Source: Pseudomonadota bacterium
GTDB taxonomy: Bacteria; Pseudomonadota; Alphaproteobacteria; SHVZ01
Direction: 5' to 3'
Length of the DNA: 64,000 nucleotides
Assembly (NCBI GenBank): GCA_016195085.1
Contig: JACQAG010000022.1
Location: 143,918 to 207,917 of the forward strand
Shown: piece after piece, positions 17,457 through 26,202 of the stretch
Layout: the number at the start of each line of letters is the position of its first letter
How positions within the stretch are numbered: the first letter of the stretch is position 1
The notes under the pieces: generated by a model
Told to the model about the DNA's origin: nothing
Database searches by the model: none
The model's input: the letters and a program-made list of their open reading frames with translations, nothing else
Translations under genes and position numbers: made by a program

Positions 17457-20213
17457 CTACTTCGCCGCCACCATCGCCGGCCGACGTTCGGCGGCCGGCA
17501 CCAGGAACGCGAAGGTCGCGCCCTTTCCGGGTTCGCTCTCGACCCAGATCCGGCCGCCGAAATGCTCGATGATGCGCCGCGAGATCGACAATCCCAGGCC
17601 CGAGCCTTCGGGTTTGTCGGTGAGCATGTCGCCGACCTGCCGAAACTTCTCGAAGATCACTTCCCGGTGCTCGGGCGAGAGTCCCGGCCCGTTGTCGGCG
17701 ACGTGGATCTCGACACCCCCCGCCGTCGCCGTGGCGCTAACCCTGACGCGGCCGGCGTTCGGCGGTGAGAACTTGACGGCGTTCGAGAGCAGGTTGATCA
17801 CCACCTGCATGAGCTGGTCGCGATCGGCGCTGACGCGCGGCAAGCCGTCCGGGATCGCCGCATCGAGGCTCACGGATTTCTCGGTGAAGAGCTGGGCGAT
17901 TGCGGCCATCGCATCCCCGACGACGGCTTTGGCGTCGACCGGGCCGATGCGCCAGTCGAACCGGCCGGCTTCGATCTTGGCGAGATCCAGCACCTGGTTG
18001 ATCAGGCGCGTCAGGCGCTCGCTCTCCTTGGCGATGATGCCGAGGAACTCCTGGCGCTCATCCGGCGCGATGTCGGGGTTGTCGCGAAGGATCTCGGAGA
18101 AGGAGCGAATCGAAGTGAGCGGGGTGCGCAGCTCGTGGGTGACGGTCGCAAGAAACTCGTCCTTGAGGCGGTCAAGCTCCTTCAACCGCTCATTCGCGGC
18201 CCGTAGCTCACTCGAGGCCCGCTCCAGCTCGAGCGATTTCTGCTCGAGCTGCCGGCTGAACTCGATGACCTGCGAGGCCTCGTCGAGGATGGCCATCACC
18301 TCCTCGAGGCCGACATTCTCGCCCTTGACCGCGGAGGCCACCATCACGCGCGCCGAAGCGGCGCCGATGGCGCCGGCAAGGAGGTGCTCGGCGAATTGCA
18401 GCAATGCCGCATCGACCGAGGCAAGCTTCGCGAGATTGAGCCCGCGGCTCGCGGCATAGCCGCCGAAGGCGCGGTCGGCGCGCTGGCGGCCGATGAAGCG
18501 GGCGACCAGCGCGTAGAGCTCCCGGTAGGACGCCTCGCCGCGACCGAGCGGGCCGCCGCGACCGCCCGTCGGCTGCTGGAACGCGGCGACGAAGCGCGTC
18601 GCCTGGACGCGTTCGGTCGGGCTCTGCCGGACCGCAAGAGACAGCGCAATGTAGCCCCCGACATTCGCAACCATGCTCCAGAACAGCGAGTGCGCCAGAG
18701 GGTCGAAGCCGGCGAGGCCGAAAAGGGCGTAGGGCTTCAAGAGAGCGACCCCCCAAGGACCTTCGCTCAGGAACCCGGGCGGCAGCCAGCCGGAGCGCAC
18801 AAACGAGGGGAGCAGCAGGGTGTAGACCCAGACCGCGAAGCCCAGAGTGAGCCCGGCCAGCGCGCCGGCGCGATTGCCGCCGCGCCAATAGATGCCGCCG
18901 ATGATGGCGGGCGCGAACTGCGCGACGGCGGCGAAGGACAAGAGCCCAATCGCGACGAGCGCGTAGGAGCCGCCGATGAAGTGGAAATACAGGTATCCGA
19001 GAAACAGGATGAGGACGATGCTGCCGCGACGGATCGCGATCAGCAGCCGCGTGAGGTCGCCGCGCTTGGTGAGACGAAGCCAAGGTATGCGCAATAGGAT
19101 GGGCATCGCCAAGTCGTTGCAGACCATCGTCGACAGCGCGATCGTCTCGACGATCACCATGCCGGTGGCGGCGGAAAGTCCGCCGATGAAGGCCAGCAGC
19201 GCCGCGGCGGGATTGCCGTCGAGGATCGGCAGCGCCAGCACGAAGGTATCGGGATCAATCGACTCCTTGCCGAAGATCAGCAGCCCGGCGAACGCCAGCG
19301 GCAGCACGAACAGGTTGATCACCAGCAGGTAGAGCGGGAACAGCCAGACCGCCTTGCCGAGGTGGCGCTCATCGACGTTCTCCACCACTAGGATTTGGAA
19401 CTGCCGCGGCAGGAACAGGATGGCGGCCATCGACAGAAGCGTGAGGGTGACCCAGCCGCCATAGCCGCTGCCGCCGACGCTGGTGAGCAATGGCGCGATC
19501 TCCGGGTCCGCCACGGCTCTGGTGAATATGTCGCCGAAGCCGTCGAACATCGCATAGGTGACGAACGCACCGACCGCGACGAAGGCGATCAGCTTGACGA
19601 TCGACTCGAATGCGATTGCGGCGACCATGCCGTCGTGCCGCTCGGTCGCGTCGATGTGGCGCGTGCCGTAGAGCATGGCGAACACCGCCATCAGCGCGGC
19701 GACATAGAGCGCGGTATCGCCGAGGAGCGGCGTTTCCGCGTCCGCCTCGGGCATGACGATCGCCGGATAGTGCGAAAGCACCTGGTAGCTGGTGGAGACC
19801 GCTTTCAGCTGGAGCGCGATGTAAGGCGTGATCACGACGACGGCGATGATGGTGACGAGGCCACCGAGCACTTGGCTCTTGCCGTAGCGTGAAGCGATGA
19901 AGTCGGCGATCGAGGTGATGCGATTGCTCTTGCTGATGCGCAGGATCTTGCGCAAGAGCGGCCACCACAGGATCGCCACGAGGGTCGGGCCGAGGTAGAT
20001 CGGCAGAAAGTCGATGCCGCTGGTCGCCGCGCGGCCGACGCTGCCGTAGAACGTCCATGCCGTGCAGTAGACGGCGATCGACAGGGTATAGACATACGGG
20101 CTCGCGACTACGCTGCGGCCGGCATCCGCGCGCTTGTCGCCCCAGTAGGCGATCGCGAACAGCAGGCAAAGATAGCCGAAGCCGACGAGGAGAATGGCCC
20201 AGGCGGGGAGCAT
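17457..20213 (-). CDS. sensor histidine kinase fused to an N-terminal sodium:solute symporter (SLC5) domain (CbrA/CrbS-like, without PAS or receiver)
   Basis: ATG 20213 gives MLPAWAILLVGF. The first ~520 aa are polytopic and SSS-like (SIADFIASRYGKS...). A ~70-aa linker resembling the STAC adaptor and a coiled coil follow. H-box is FLATVTHELRTPLTSI; the N and G boxes (LLSNAVKF, DNGPGL, GSGLGLSI) are present. Confidence 0.85.
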   Translation of the reverse strand: MLPAWAILLVGFGYLCLLFAIAYWGDKRADAGRSVVASPYVYTLSIAVYCTAWTFYGSVGRAATSGIDFLPIYLGPTLVAILWWPLLRKILRISKSNRITSIADFIASRYGKSQVLGGLVTIIAVVVITPYIALQLKAVSTSYQVLSHYPAIVMPEADAETPLLGDTALYVAALMAVFAMLYGTRHIDATERHDGMVAAIAFESIVKLIAFVAVGAFVTYAMFDGFGDIFTRAVADPEIAPLLTSVGGSGYGGWVTLTLLSMAAILFLPRQFQILVVENVDERHLGKAVWLFPLYLLVINLFVLPLAFAGLLIFGKESIDPDTFVLALPILDGNPAAALLAFIGGLSAATGMVIVETIALSTMVCNDLAMPILLRIPWLRLTKRGDLTRLLIAIRRGSIVLILFLGYLYFHFIGGSYALVAIGLLSFAAVAQFAPAIIGGIYWRGGNRAGALAGLTLGFAVWVYTLLLPSFVRSGWLPPGFLSEGPWGVALLKPYALFGLAGFDPLAHSLFWSMVANVGGYIALSLAVRQSPTERVQATRFVAAFQQPTGGRGGPLGRGEASYRELYALVARFIGRQRADRAFGGYAASRGLNLAKLASVDAALLQFAEHLLAGAIGAASARVMVASAVKGENVGLEEVMAILDEASQVIEFSRQLEQKSLELERASSELRAANERLKELDRLKDEFLATVTHELRTPLTSIRSFSEILRDNPDIAPDERQEFLGIIAKESERLTRLINQVLDLAKIEAGRFDWRIGPVDAKAVVGDAMAAIAQLFTEKSVSLDAAIPDGLPRVSADRDQLMQVVINLLSNAVKFSPPNAGRVRVSATATAGGVEIHVADNGPGLSPEHREVIFEKFRQVGDMLTDKPEGSGLGLSISRRIIEHFGGRIWVESEPGKGATFAFLVPAAERRPAMVAAK

Positions 20214-20227
20214 GGGGCGGCCGCCCC

Positions 20228-20467
20228 CTAGCTTTGCCGCTTGGGCTCGACCGAATCGGCGGCGGCCTCGCGGCCCCGTCCGGTCTCGATTGCGAGCGCG
20301 AGCAGACCGACCAGGAGCGCCCAAGCGACGAAGAGATAGAGAAACAGCAGCGGGATCCCGGCCACGAGCACGTCCGCGCGGACCACGGCGAGCAGAGGCG
20401 GGCTGATGAGGAGCACACCCAAGAGGAACAATGCGATGAGACGATCGCCGAAATTGGCCGACGTCAT
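20228..20467 (-). CDS. small two-TM membrane protein upstream of the symporter-kinase (DUF3311-like by recollection)
   Basis: ATG 20467 is preceded by GAGG. Two hydrophobic helices: LIALFLLGVLLISPPLL and GIPLLFLYLFVAWALLVGLLALAI. It ends 15 nt before the kinase start. The family name is from memory only. Confidence 0.5.
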   Translation of the reverse strand: MTSANFGDRLIALFLLGVLLISPPLLAVVRADVLVAGIPLLFLYLFVAWALLVGLLALAIETGRGREAAADSVEPKRQS

Positions 20468-20575
20468 AGGCGCCTCGAATTTCACGCCGCAGCGTTCATG
20501 CCCGCCGGGCGGCTGCGGGGCCTGCGTGGGACCATAGCATGCGCCTGCGCGATTGCCGAGCTTGGTCGGCTCGTC

Positions 20576-20953
20576 TCAGGGGCCGTCGGGGCCGAGCATC
20601 CGCTTCACCCGATCCACCAGCCCTTGGGTCGAGAACGGCTTGGTCACGTACTCGTCCGCCCCGAGAGCCAACCCCTTCTCCTGCTCGACGTCTCGGCTCT
20701 TCGCGGTCAGCATGATGATCTTGATCTTCTTGCCGTCCGCCGCCGCCCGGATCGTCTGGCACACTTCGTAGCCATTGCGCCCCGGCAGCATGACGTCGAG
20801 CAAGATCAAATCCGGGGCGCGTTCGCTGACGGCCTGCAATGCCGCGTTCCCGTCGCGGGCCACGCGAACGTCGTATCCCGCCTGCCGGAGCAGGAACTCG
20901 ATCGAGAGCACGATGCTGGGCTCGTCGTCAACGACCAGGATCGAGCGCTGCAT
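20576..20953 (-). CDS. single-domain response regulator (CheY-like receiver)
   Basis: The 125-aa ORF has ILVVDDEPS, acceptor LILLDVMLPGRNG, IIMLTAK and EYVTKPF. Confidence 0.85.
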   Translation of the reverse strand: MQRSILVVDDEPSIVLSIEFLLRQAGYDVRVARDGNAALQAVSERAPDLILLDVMLPGRNGYEVCQTIRAAADGKKIKIIMLTAKSRDVEQEKGLALGADEYVTKPFSTQGLVDRVKRMLGPDGP

Positions 20954-21209
20954 GGGCCGTCTCCGTCGATTTCGCCCGCTCGCTGGCGGTGGTGGAGCTG
21001 CGCTGGAGAACTTACCGCTCCGACCGTCTGCATGTCACTGCCGTACGAATCTTGCACGGCGATGCCCTGCATCCACCGCAAGGCCCTCGCCGTGGTCGTT
21101 TACAGCACGTCCGGTGTCCGACCATAGTACGGCGCAATGCAAACTCAGCCTCGTCACGCATCCGCCCATCGATCACGGACGCGATCGTCGATCCACGGGA
21201 GGCGCGGCA

Positions 21210-21740
21210 ATGAGCCAAATCGTTGATGATCCGGCACTGCAAGGCTTGTTCGCCTATTGGCTCAGACAGAAGGGCCAGCGGCTGATGCCGAGCCGCGCCG
21301 ATCTCGATCCGGTGGAGATGACGGCGCGATTGCTGCCGCATGTGACGCTGCAGGACGTCGTCTACGATGCCGGGCGTCGGCGCTATCGTTACCGGCTCAT
21401 CGGCTCGGTGCTGCAGCAGGCGCTCGGCGTGCACGCATTGCGCAAATACGTCGACGAGACGGTTCCCAACACGGCCGGTTATCGCGACTACGTCATCGCC
21501 ATCTATGACGAGATGGTGGAAACGCGGCAGCCGATCTATTGCGAGACCGTGTTTGCGCTGGCCACCTTTACGCGCCCGGTGTTGTCCAAGCGCCTGACGA
21601 TGCCGCTCTCCAGCGACGGAGAGACCGTCGACATGGCCTTCGTCGGGCATAGCATCGAATATCCGAACGTAGCGGAGACGGCATCGCTCATCGCGCTCGA
21701 AGGCTTCAAGGTGCTGGAACGGCGCTATCTCGGCCGATGA
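21210..21740 (+). CDS. small PAS-like protein (alphaproteobacterial PAS_5 / DUF1457 type)
   Basis: ATG 21210 gives MSQIVDDPALQGLFAYWLRQKGQRLMPSRADLDPVEM..., the typical opening of this family as I recall it. The upstream 145 codons of the listed ORF overlap the divergent CheY gene and look non-coding. Confidence 0.6.
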   Translation: MSQIVDDPALQGLFAYWLRQKGQRLMPSRADLDPVEMTARLLPHVTLQDVVYDAGRRRYRYRLIGSVLQQALGVHALRKYVDETVPNTAGYRDYVIAIYDEMVETRQPIYCETVFALATFTRPVLSKRLTMPLSSDGETVDMAFVGHSIEYPNVAETASLIALEGFKVLERRYLGR

Positions 21741-21769
21741 GCCGGGGAGTGCCGCACCTCTCGCCGCGT

Positions 21770-22189
21770 TCAGCCGAGCTTGGTCGAATAGCAACCCCGA
21801 CCGACCGCGACCAGCCGTCCGCTCTCGTCGCTGACCTCGATGTCGACGATGCCGACGGTGCGGCCATGGCGAACCACCCGGGCGGTCGCGAGCAGGGCCG
21901 AGTCTTCCGCCGGGCGCAGATAGTCGACGCGCAGATCGATGGTAGGGACACCACCGCCCAGCTTCGATGCAAGCGCATAGTCGCCGGCGATGTCGATCAG
22001 CGCCGCGATCACTCCGCCATGGATCTGCTTGTGTTTCGAAGAGCGCTGGAACTCTCGCCGGAACGGCATCCTGAGGGTGACGGTGCCGGCCTCGCCATCG
22101 AGGTCGACGAGCTCCAGATCGAGAAACTCGTGGAAGGGCGGCTCCTTCAGATGCTCGGCCAGCTTGGCTCTCAACCCCGCTTCCGTCAT
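21770..22189 (-). CDS. PaaI-family (hotdog fold) thioesterase
   Basis: 139 aa starting at MTEAGL. It contains FHEFLDLELV, IHGGVIAALIDIAGD and GRLVAVGRG. ATGA overlap with the upstream oxidoreductase gene. Confidence 0.75.
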   Translation of the reverse strand: MTEAGLRAKLAEHLKEPPFHEFLDLELVDLDGEAGTVTLRMPFRREFQRSSKHKQIHGGVIAALIDIAGDYALASKLGGGVPTIDLRVDYLRPAEDSALLATARVVRHGRTVGIVDIEVSDESGRLVAVGRGCYSTKLG

Positions 22190-23163
22190 GGCACCAGCAC
22201 CACCTTGCCGAAGACCGCACGCTGTTCCATGAGCCACTCCGCTTCGCGCCCCTCCGACAGGGGCAGGATATGGCTGATCACCGGCTTGATCCGCCCAGCC
22301 GCAACCAGGTCGAGAAGCCTCGCAATATCCTCCGTCGACCAGCCATTGCAGCCGACGATGGTGATCTCTCGCGTCCAGATGTAGCGGATATCCTCTTGGG
22401 GAGCGAAGCCGGCGGTGGCGCCGCAGGTCAGGAGCCGGCCATGATGCTTGAGCGCGCGCAGCGCCGGCACCCAGGTGTCGCCGCCGGTGTAGTTCACCAC
22501 CACGTCGACGCCCACCTTGCCGGAGATGCGCCAAGCCTCTTGGCTGAAATCCACCTTGGTGTAGTCGATGAGATGGTCGGCGCCGAGAGCCCTGAGCTTG
22601 TCGAGCTTCTCGGCCGAGCTTGCGGCGGCCAGCACCTCAGCGCCGATCATTTTGGCGATCTGCACCGCCGCGGTGCCGACGCCGCCGCTGGCGCCGAGGA
22701 TCAGCACCTTTTCGCCGGGGGCAACGGCGCCGCGCACGGTCAGCATGCGGAACGCGGTGCCGTAAGCGACCGGCAGGCACGCCGCCGCCTCGAAGCTGAC
22801 GCCGTCCGGAATTCGCAGCAAGTTCTGCTGCGGAGCGCAAGCGTACTCGGCCATGCCGCCGAAGATGTCCTCGCCCATCATGCCTGCAGCCGTGCTCGGA
22901 TTGACCAGGACCCGTTCGCCCACCCGCCAGCCGGTGACACCGTCGCCCAGCGCGGCGATCTCGCCCGCGATGTCCCCGCCGGAGATGAACGGCGTCTTGA
23001 CCGGCAGCCCCGGCATGCCGCGGCGCACGAAGATGTCGAGATGATTGAGACCGCAGGCCCTGACCCTGACCAGCACCTGGCCGATCTCAGGCTCCGGATC
23101 AGGCCAATCGTCGTACACCAAATTGTCGAGGCCACCCTGGGCCTTGATGATCATGGCCTTCAT
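22186..23163 (-). CDS. zinc-type alcohol dehydrogenase / NADPH:quinone oxidoreductase (MDR superfamily)
   Basis: MKAMIIKAQGG...VRVRACGLNHLDI, the nucleotide fold VLILGASGGVGTAAVQIAK, and C-terminal GKVVLVP. Confidence 0.85.
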   Translation of the reverse strand: MKAMIIKAQGGLDNLVYDDWPDPEPEIGQVLVRVRACGLNHLDIFVRRGMPGLPVKTPFISGGDIAGEIAALGDGVTGWRVGERVLVNPSTAAGMMGEDIFGGMAEYACAPQQNLLRIPDGVSFEAAACLPVAYGTAFRMLTVRGAVAPGEKVLILGASGGVGTAAVQIAKMIGAEVLAAASSAEKLDKLRALGADHLIDYTKVDFSQEAWRISGKVGVDVVVNYTGGDTWVPALRALKHHGRLLTCGATAGFAPQEDIRYIWTREITIVGCNGWSTEDIARLLDLVAAGRIKPVISHILPLSEGREAEWLMEQRAVFGKVVLVP

Positions 23164-23315
23164 GCCTTGCCTCGATCTATCCCGTCATCCCGACGCTCGG
23201 ACCCGCGCCATGCTACTGGGGCGTGCCGCCTGGCGAAAGCCCGGAGATCGGACTACCGCAGGGCGTAAAAAGGGGTCTAAGCTTCGCCTTTCAACACCGT
23301 TTGGGAGGCGTGTTC

Positions 23316-24920
23316 ATGGCGATATCCACCAAGCGATGGGGCGCGTGGGCGGCTGCTGCCATCGTTCCCTTGGCGCTGGCTGCGGGGCCGACTCCTGCGG
23401 CTGCGCAAAAGACGCTCAACGTCGTTCTTCATGCCGATCTCAAGGTCCTCGATCCGATTTGGACTACGGCCGACATCACCCGCTATTACGGCTGGATGGT
23501 CTACGACCAGCTGTTCGCGCAGGACCTCGAGGGCGGCTTTCAGCCGCAGATGGTCGATAACTACAATGTGAGCCAGGACGGGCTCACCTATACCTTCGCG
23601 CTCCGCGACGGTCTCAAATTCCACGACGGCAATCCGGTCACCACCGCCGACGTGGTCCAGTCCTTGAAGCGCTGGGCCGCCCGCGACGGCGCCGGGCAGA
23701 TCCTCTACAAATTCGTGAAGGACGTCGCCGCCGTCGATGCGAAGACGTTCAAGATGACCTTGAGCGAGCCATACGGGCTTGTCCTCGACTCCATCGGCAA
23801 ATACGCATCGTTGCCGGCCTTCATCATGCCGAAGCGCCTTGCCGACACCGACCCGCAGGTTCAGGTCACCGAGGCGACCGGCTCCGGCCCGTTCAAGTTC
23901 GTCAGGGCTGAATGGAACCCGGGCAGCAAGGCGGTCTACGTCAAGAACGCCGACTATGTGCCACGCAAGGAAGCGGCAAGCATGTTTGCCGGCGGCAAGG
24001 TGGTCAAGGTCGATCGGGTCGAGTGGGTCTATATGCCCGACGAGCAGACCCAGGTTTCCGCCCTCGACAAGGGCGAGGTCGACTTCGTCGAGACGCCCCG
24101 GGTCGATCTTCTGCCGGTCCTGCGCAAGAACTCGCACATCAAGATCGAGCCGCTCGACAAGGTGGGTAATGTCGGCATTCTCCGGCCAAATCACCTGCAC
24201 CCGCCCTTCAACAATGTGAAGGCGCGACAGGCGCTTCTGTGGATCGTCAATCAGGACGACTATCTGCAGGCGATCTCCGGCGCCGACATGTCGCTGGCGA
24301 CTAAGTGCGGCGCCATCCTGGTCTGCGGGACGCCGATGGCGAACGAGACGGGCTCCGAGGCACTCCTCTCGAAAGAACCGAAGGCGGCGCGCATGGCCAA
24401 GGCCAAGGCGCTTATGGCCGAAGCTGGATACAAAGGCGAGCCGATCATCTTGCTCGAGCCCAGCGACAATCCGAGCCTGCATGCCGCGGGCGTGGTGTTG
24501 ACCGGGCTCATGCGCGAGGCCGGGCTCAACGTCGACCAGCAGACCATGGAATGGGGTACTCTGGTCACCCGGCGGGCGAAGAAGGAGCCCCCCCCGGCCG
24601 GCTGGAACATCTTCCAGACCTCCGGTGGCTTTTCGGACGGCAACCCGGCCTTCTCCATCATCCAGGCTGCGAACTGCGAGAAGGCGTGGTTCGGCTGGCC
24701 CTGCGATGAGAGCTTGGAGAAGCTGCGGCTGGATTGGGCCAAGGCCAAGACGCTCGACGAGCGCAAGAAGATCGCCCTGGACATTCAGAAGCGGGCGATG
24801 GAGACCGTGCCTTGGATCAATTACGGCCAATGGGTGCAGCCGGTCGCCTATCGCGACGGTCTGAAGGGACTGCTGGTGGTCCCCGAGACCGTATTGTTCT
24901 GGAACGTGGAGAAAGGGTGA
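23316..24920 (+). CDS. ABC transporter substrate-binding protein, family 5 (orphan: no adjacent permeases)
   Basis: ATG 23316 is preceded by GGGAGG. Signal peptide MAISTKRWGAWAAAAIVPLALAAGPTPAAAQ, then KTLNVVLHADLKVLDPIWTT and the rest typical of family 5. Confidence 0.85.
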   Translation: MAISTKRWGAWAAAAIVPLALAAGPTPAAAQKTLNVVLHADLKVLDPIWTTADITRYYGWMVYDQLFAQDLEGGFQPQMVDNYNVSQDGLTYTFALRDGLKFHDGNPVTTADVVQSLKRWAARDGAGQILYKFVKDVAAVDAKTFKMTLSEPYGLVLDSIGKYASLPAFIMPKRLADTDPQVQVTEATGSGPFKFVRAEWNPGSKAVYVKNADYVPRKEAASMFAGGKVVKVDRVEWVYMPDEQTQVSALDKGEVDFVETPRVDLLPVLRKNSHIKIEPLDKVGNVGILRPNHLHPPFNNVKARQALLWIVNQDDYLQAISGADMSLATKCGAILVCGTPMANETGSEALLSKEPKAARMAKAKALMAEAGYKGEPIILLEPSDNPSLHAAGVVLTGLMREAGLNVDQQTMEWGTLVTRRAKKEPPPAGWNIFQTSGGFSDGNPAFSIIQAANCEKAWFGWPCDESLEKLRLDWAKAKTLDERKKIALDIQKRAMETVPWINYGQWVQPVAYRDGLKGLLVVPETVLFWNVEKG

Positions 24921-24968
24921 GCTGAACGGCGGATGGCGGGCGCAAGACCGCCGTCCTCGCTCATTGCA

Positions 24969-25003
24969 GGGCCACCGTCCGCCGACGGTGGCCCTTCGCT
25001 TTT
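24969..25003 (+). terminator. Rho-independent terminator after the binding-protein gene
   Basis: GGGCCACCGTC-CGCC-GACGGTGGCCC gives an 11-bp stem and 4-nt loop, followed by TTCGCTTTT. Confidence 0.6.
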
Positions 25004-25060
25004 GCGATCGCACCGGCGTGCTAACCTCGCCCCGCCAAAGAAGAATTGGGGAGGACGGTC

Positions 25061-26083
25061 ATGCTCGAAACCACAATCGCCGGCAGCCTGCCGAAACCGA
25101 GCTGGCTGGCCGAGCCGTTGCGCCTCTGGGCGCCGTGGCGGCTTTCGGGTGCGGCCCTCGAGGAGGGTAAGCGCGACGCCACCCTGATCGCCCTGAAGGA
25201 ACAGGAAGACGCCGGCATCGACATCGTCACCGATGGCGAGCAGTCGCGGCAGCATTTCGTGCATGGATTTCTCGAGCGTGTTGAGGGTATCGATTTCGCG
25301 CGGCGCGTGACCATCGGGATCAGGCGCGACCGCTACAAGGCCGAAGTCCCAACCGTCACCGGAGTGCTCAGGCGCTCGGGGCCGGTGCATGCGGTCGAAG
25401 CCAAGCTTGCCCGCGCCCACACCAAGCGGACGCTGAAATTCACCTTGCCCGGGCCGATGACGATCGTCGACACCATCGCCGACACCTACTACGGCGACAA
25501 GGTCAAGCTCGCCATGGCCTTCGCCGAGATCCTCAACGAGGAGGCAAGAGAGCTCGAGGCGATCGGTGTAGACGTCGTGCAGTTCGACGAGCCGGCCTTC
25601 AATGTCTACATGGAGGAAGTGAGGGACTGGGGGATCGTCGCGCTCGAACGGGCGCGCGCCGGTCTCAAGTGCAAGACCGCGGTGCATATCTGTTACGGCT
25701 ACGGCATCAAGGCCAATATCGAGTGGAAGCAGACGCTCGGTCGGGAGTGGCGGCAATACGAGGAGACATTCCCCGTGCTGGCCCAGAGCAGCATCGACCA
25801 GGTCTCGCTCGAATGCGCCAATGCCCGGGTGCCGGTGTCGCTTCTGGGCCTGCTCCGCGGCAAGGATGTGCTCCTGGGCGCGATCGATGTCGCAACCGAG
25901 GTGGTGGAGTCGCCGGAGATGGTGGCCGCCACGATCCGCAGCGCATTGCCCCATGTAACGCCGGAACACCTCTATCCCTGCAGCAATTGCGGGATGGCGC
26001 CGCTCGCCCGCGCTCTCGCCATTGGCAAGCTTCGCGCGCTTGCCGCCGGAGCGGCACTGGTTCGCCGCGAGCTCGGAAGCTGA
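25061..26083 (+). CDS. cobalamin-independent methionine synthase-like protein (MetE C-terminal domain family)
   Basis: ATG 25061 is preceded by GGAGG. MLETTIAGSLPKPSWL, IDIVTDGEQSRQHF, VVQFDEPA and the C-terminal CSNCGMAP are typical of the short MetE-like methyltransferases. Confidence 0.8.
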   Translation: MLETTIAGSLPKPSWLAEPLRLWAPWRLSGAALEEGKRDATLIALKEQEDAGIDIVTDGEQSRQHFVHGFLERVEGIDFARRVTIGIRRDRYKAEVPTVTGVLRRSGPVHAVEAKLARAHTKRTLKFTLPGPMTIVDTIADTYYGDKVKLAMAFAEILNEEARELEAIGVDVVQFDEPAFNVYMEEVRDWGIVALERARAGLKCKTAVHICYGYGIKANIEWKQTLGREWRQYEETFPVLAQSSIDQVSLECANARVPVSLLGLLRGKDVLLGAIDVATEVVESPEMVAATIRSALPHVTPEHLYPCSNCGMAPLARALAIGKLRALAAGAALVRRELGS

Positions 26084-26202
26084 GCCGCATCCTCGCCAGC
26101 CGCCACCGGCCGGTCATGCGAAGGCGGCCGATCGCCCCCATATTCTGAGCCGGGCACGAGCCGTGGCGGCCGACGGGCTGACGGCAGCGAAGGAGAAGCT
26201 GG

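Noticed and set aside
20775-21209. Upstream 145 codons of listed ORF 20775..21740
   Set aside because: This part overlaps the divergent CheY gene on the opposite strand and has low-information composition. The conserved PAS_5-type sequence starts at ATG 21210.
24588-24595. C8 homopolymer
   Set aside because: It lies inside the binding-protein gene, is in frame and encodes Pro-Pro-Pro. There is no sign of frameshifting or of contingency-locus behaviour.
23277-25013. 578-aa reverse-strand ORF opposite the binding-protein gene. The same class includes 28710..30458 (+), 38515..40212 (+), 44266..45591 (-), 45718..46911 (-), 9065..10135 (-), 2515..3711 (-), 3708..4787 (-), 58021..58620 (+), 59475..60644 (+) and 60704..61960 (+)
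   Set aside because: All are antisense or out-of-frame to genes with strong family signatures. Their products are Arg/Gly/Ala/Pro-rich without recognisable domains, as expected from stop-codon depletion in GC-rich DNA.
24921-25060. Possible cobalamin or SAM-II riboswitch upstream of the MetE-like gene; 26084..26202 upstream of the PLP enzyme was checked as well
   Set aside because: The leaders are too short for a B12 element, and I could not find a B12 box or the SAM-II pseudoknot signature by eye. The main structure at 24969-25003 is better explained as the terminator of the preceding gene. A covariance-model scan would be decisive.
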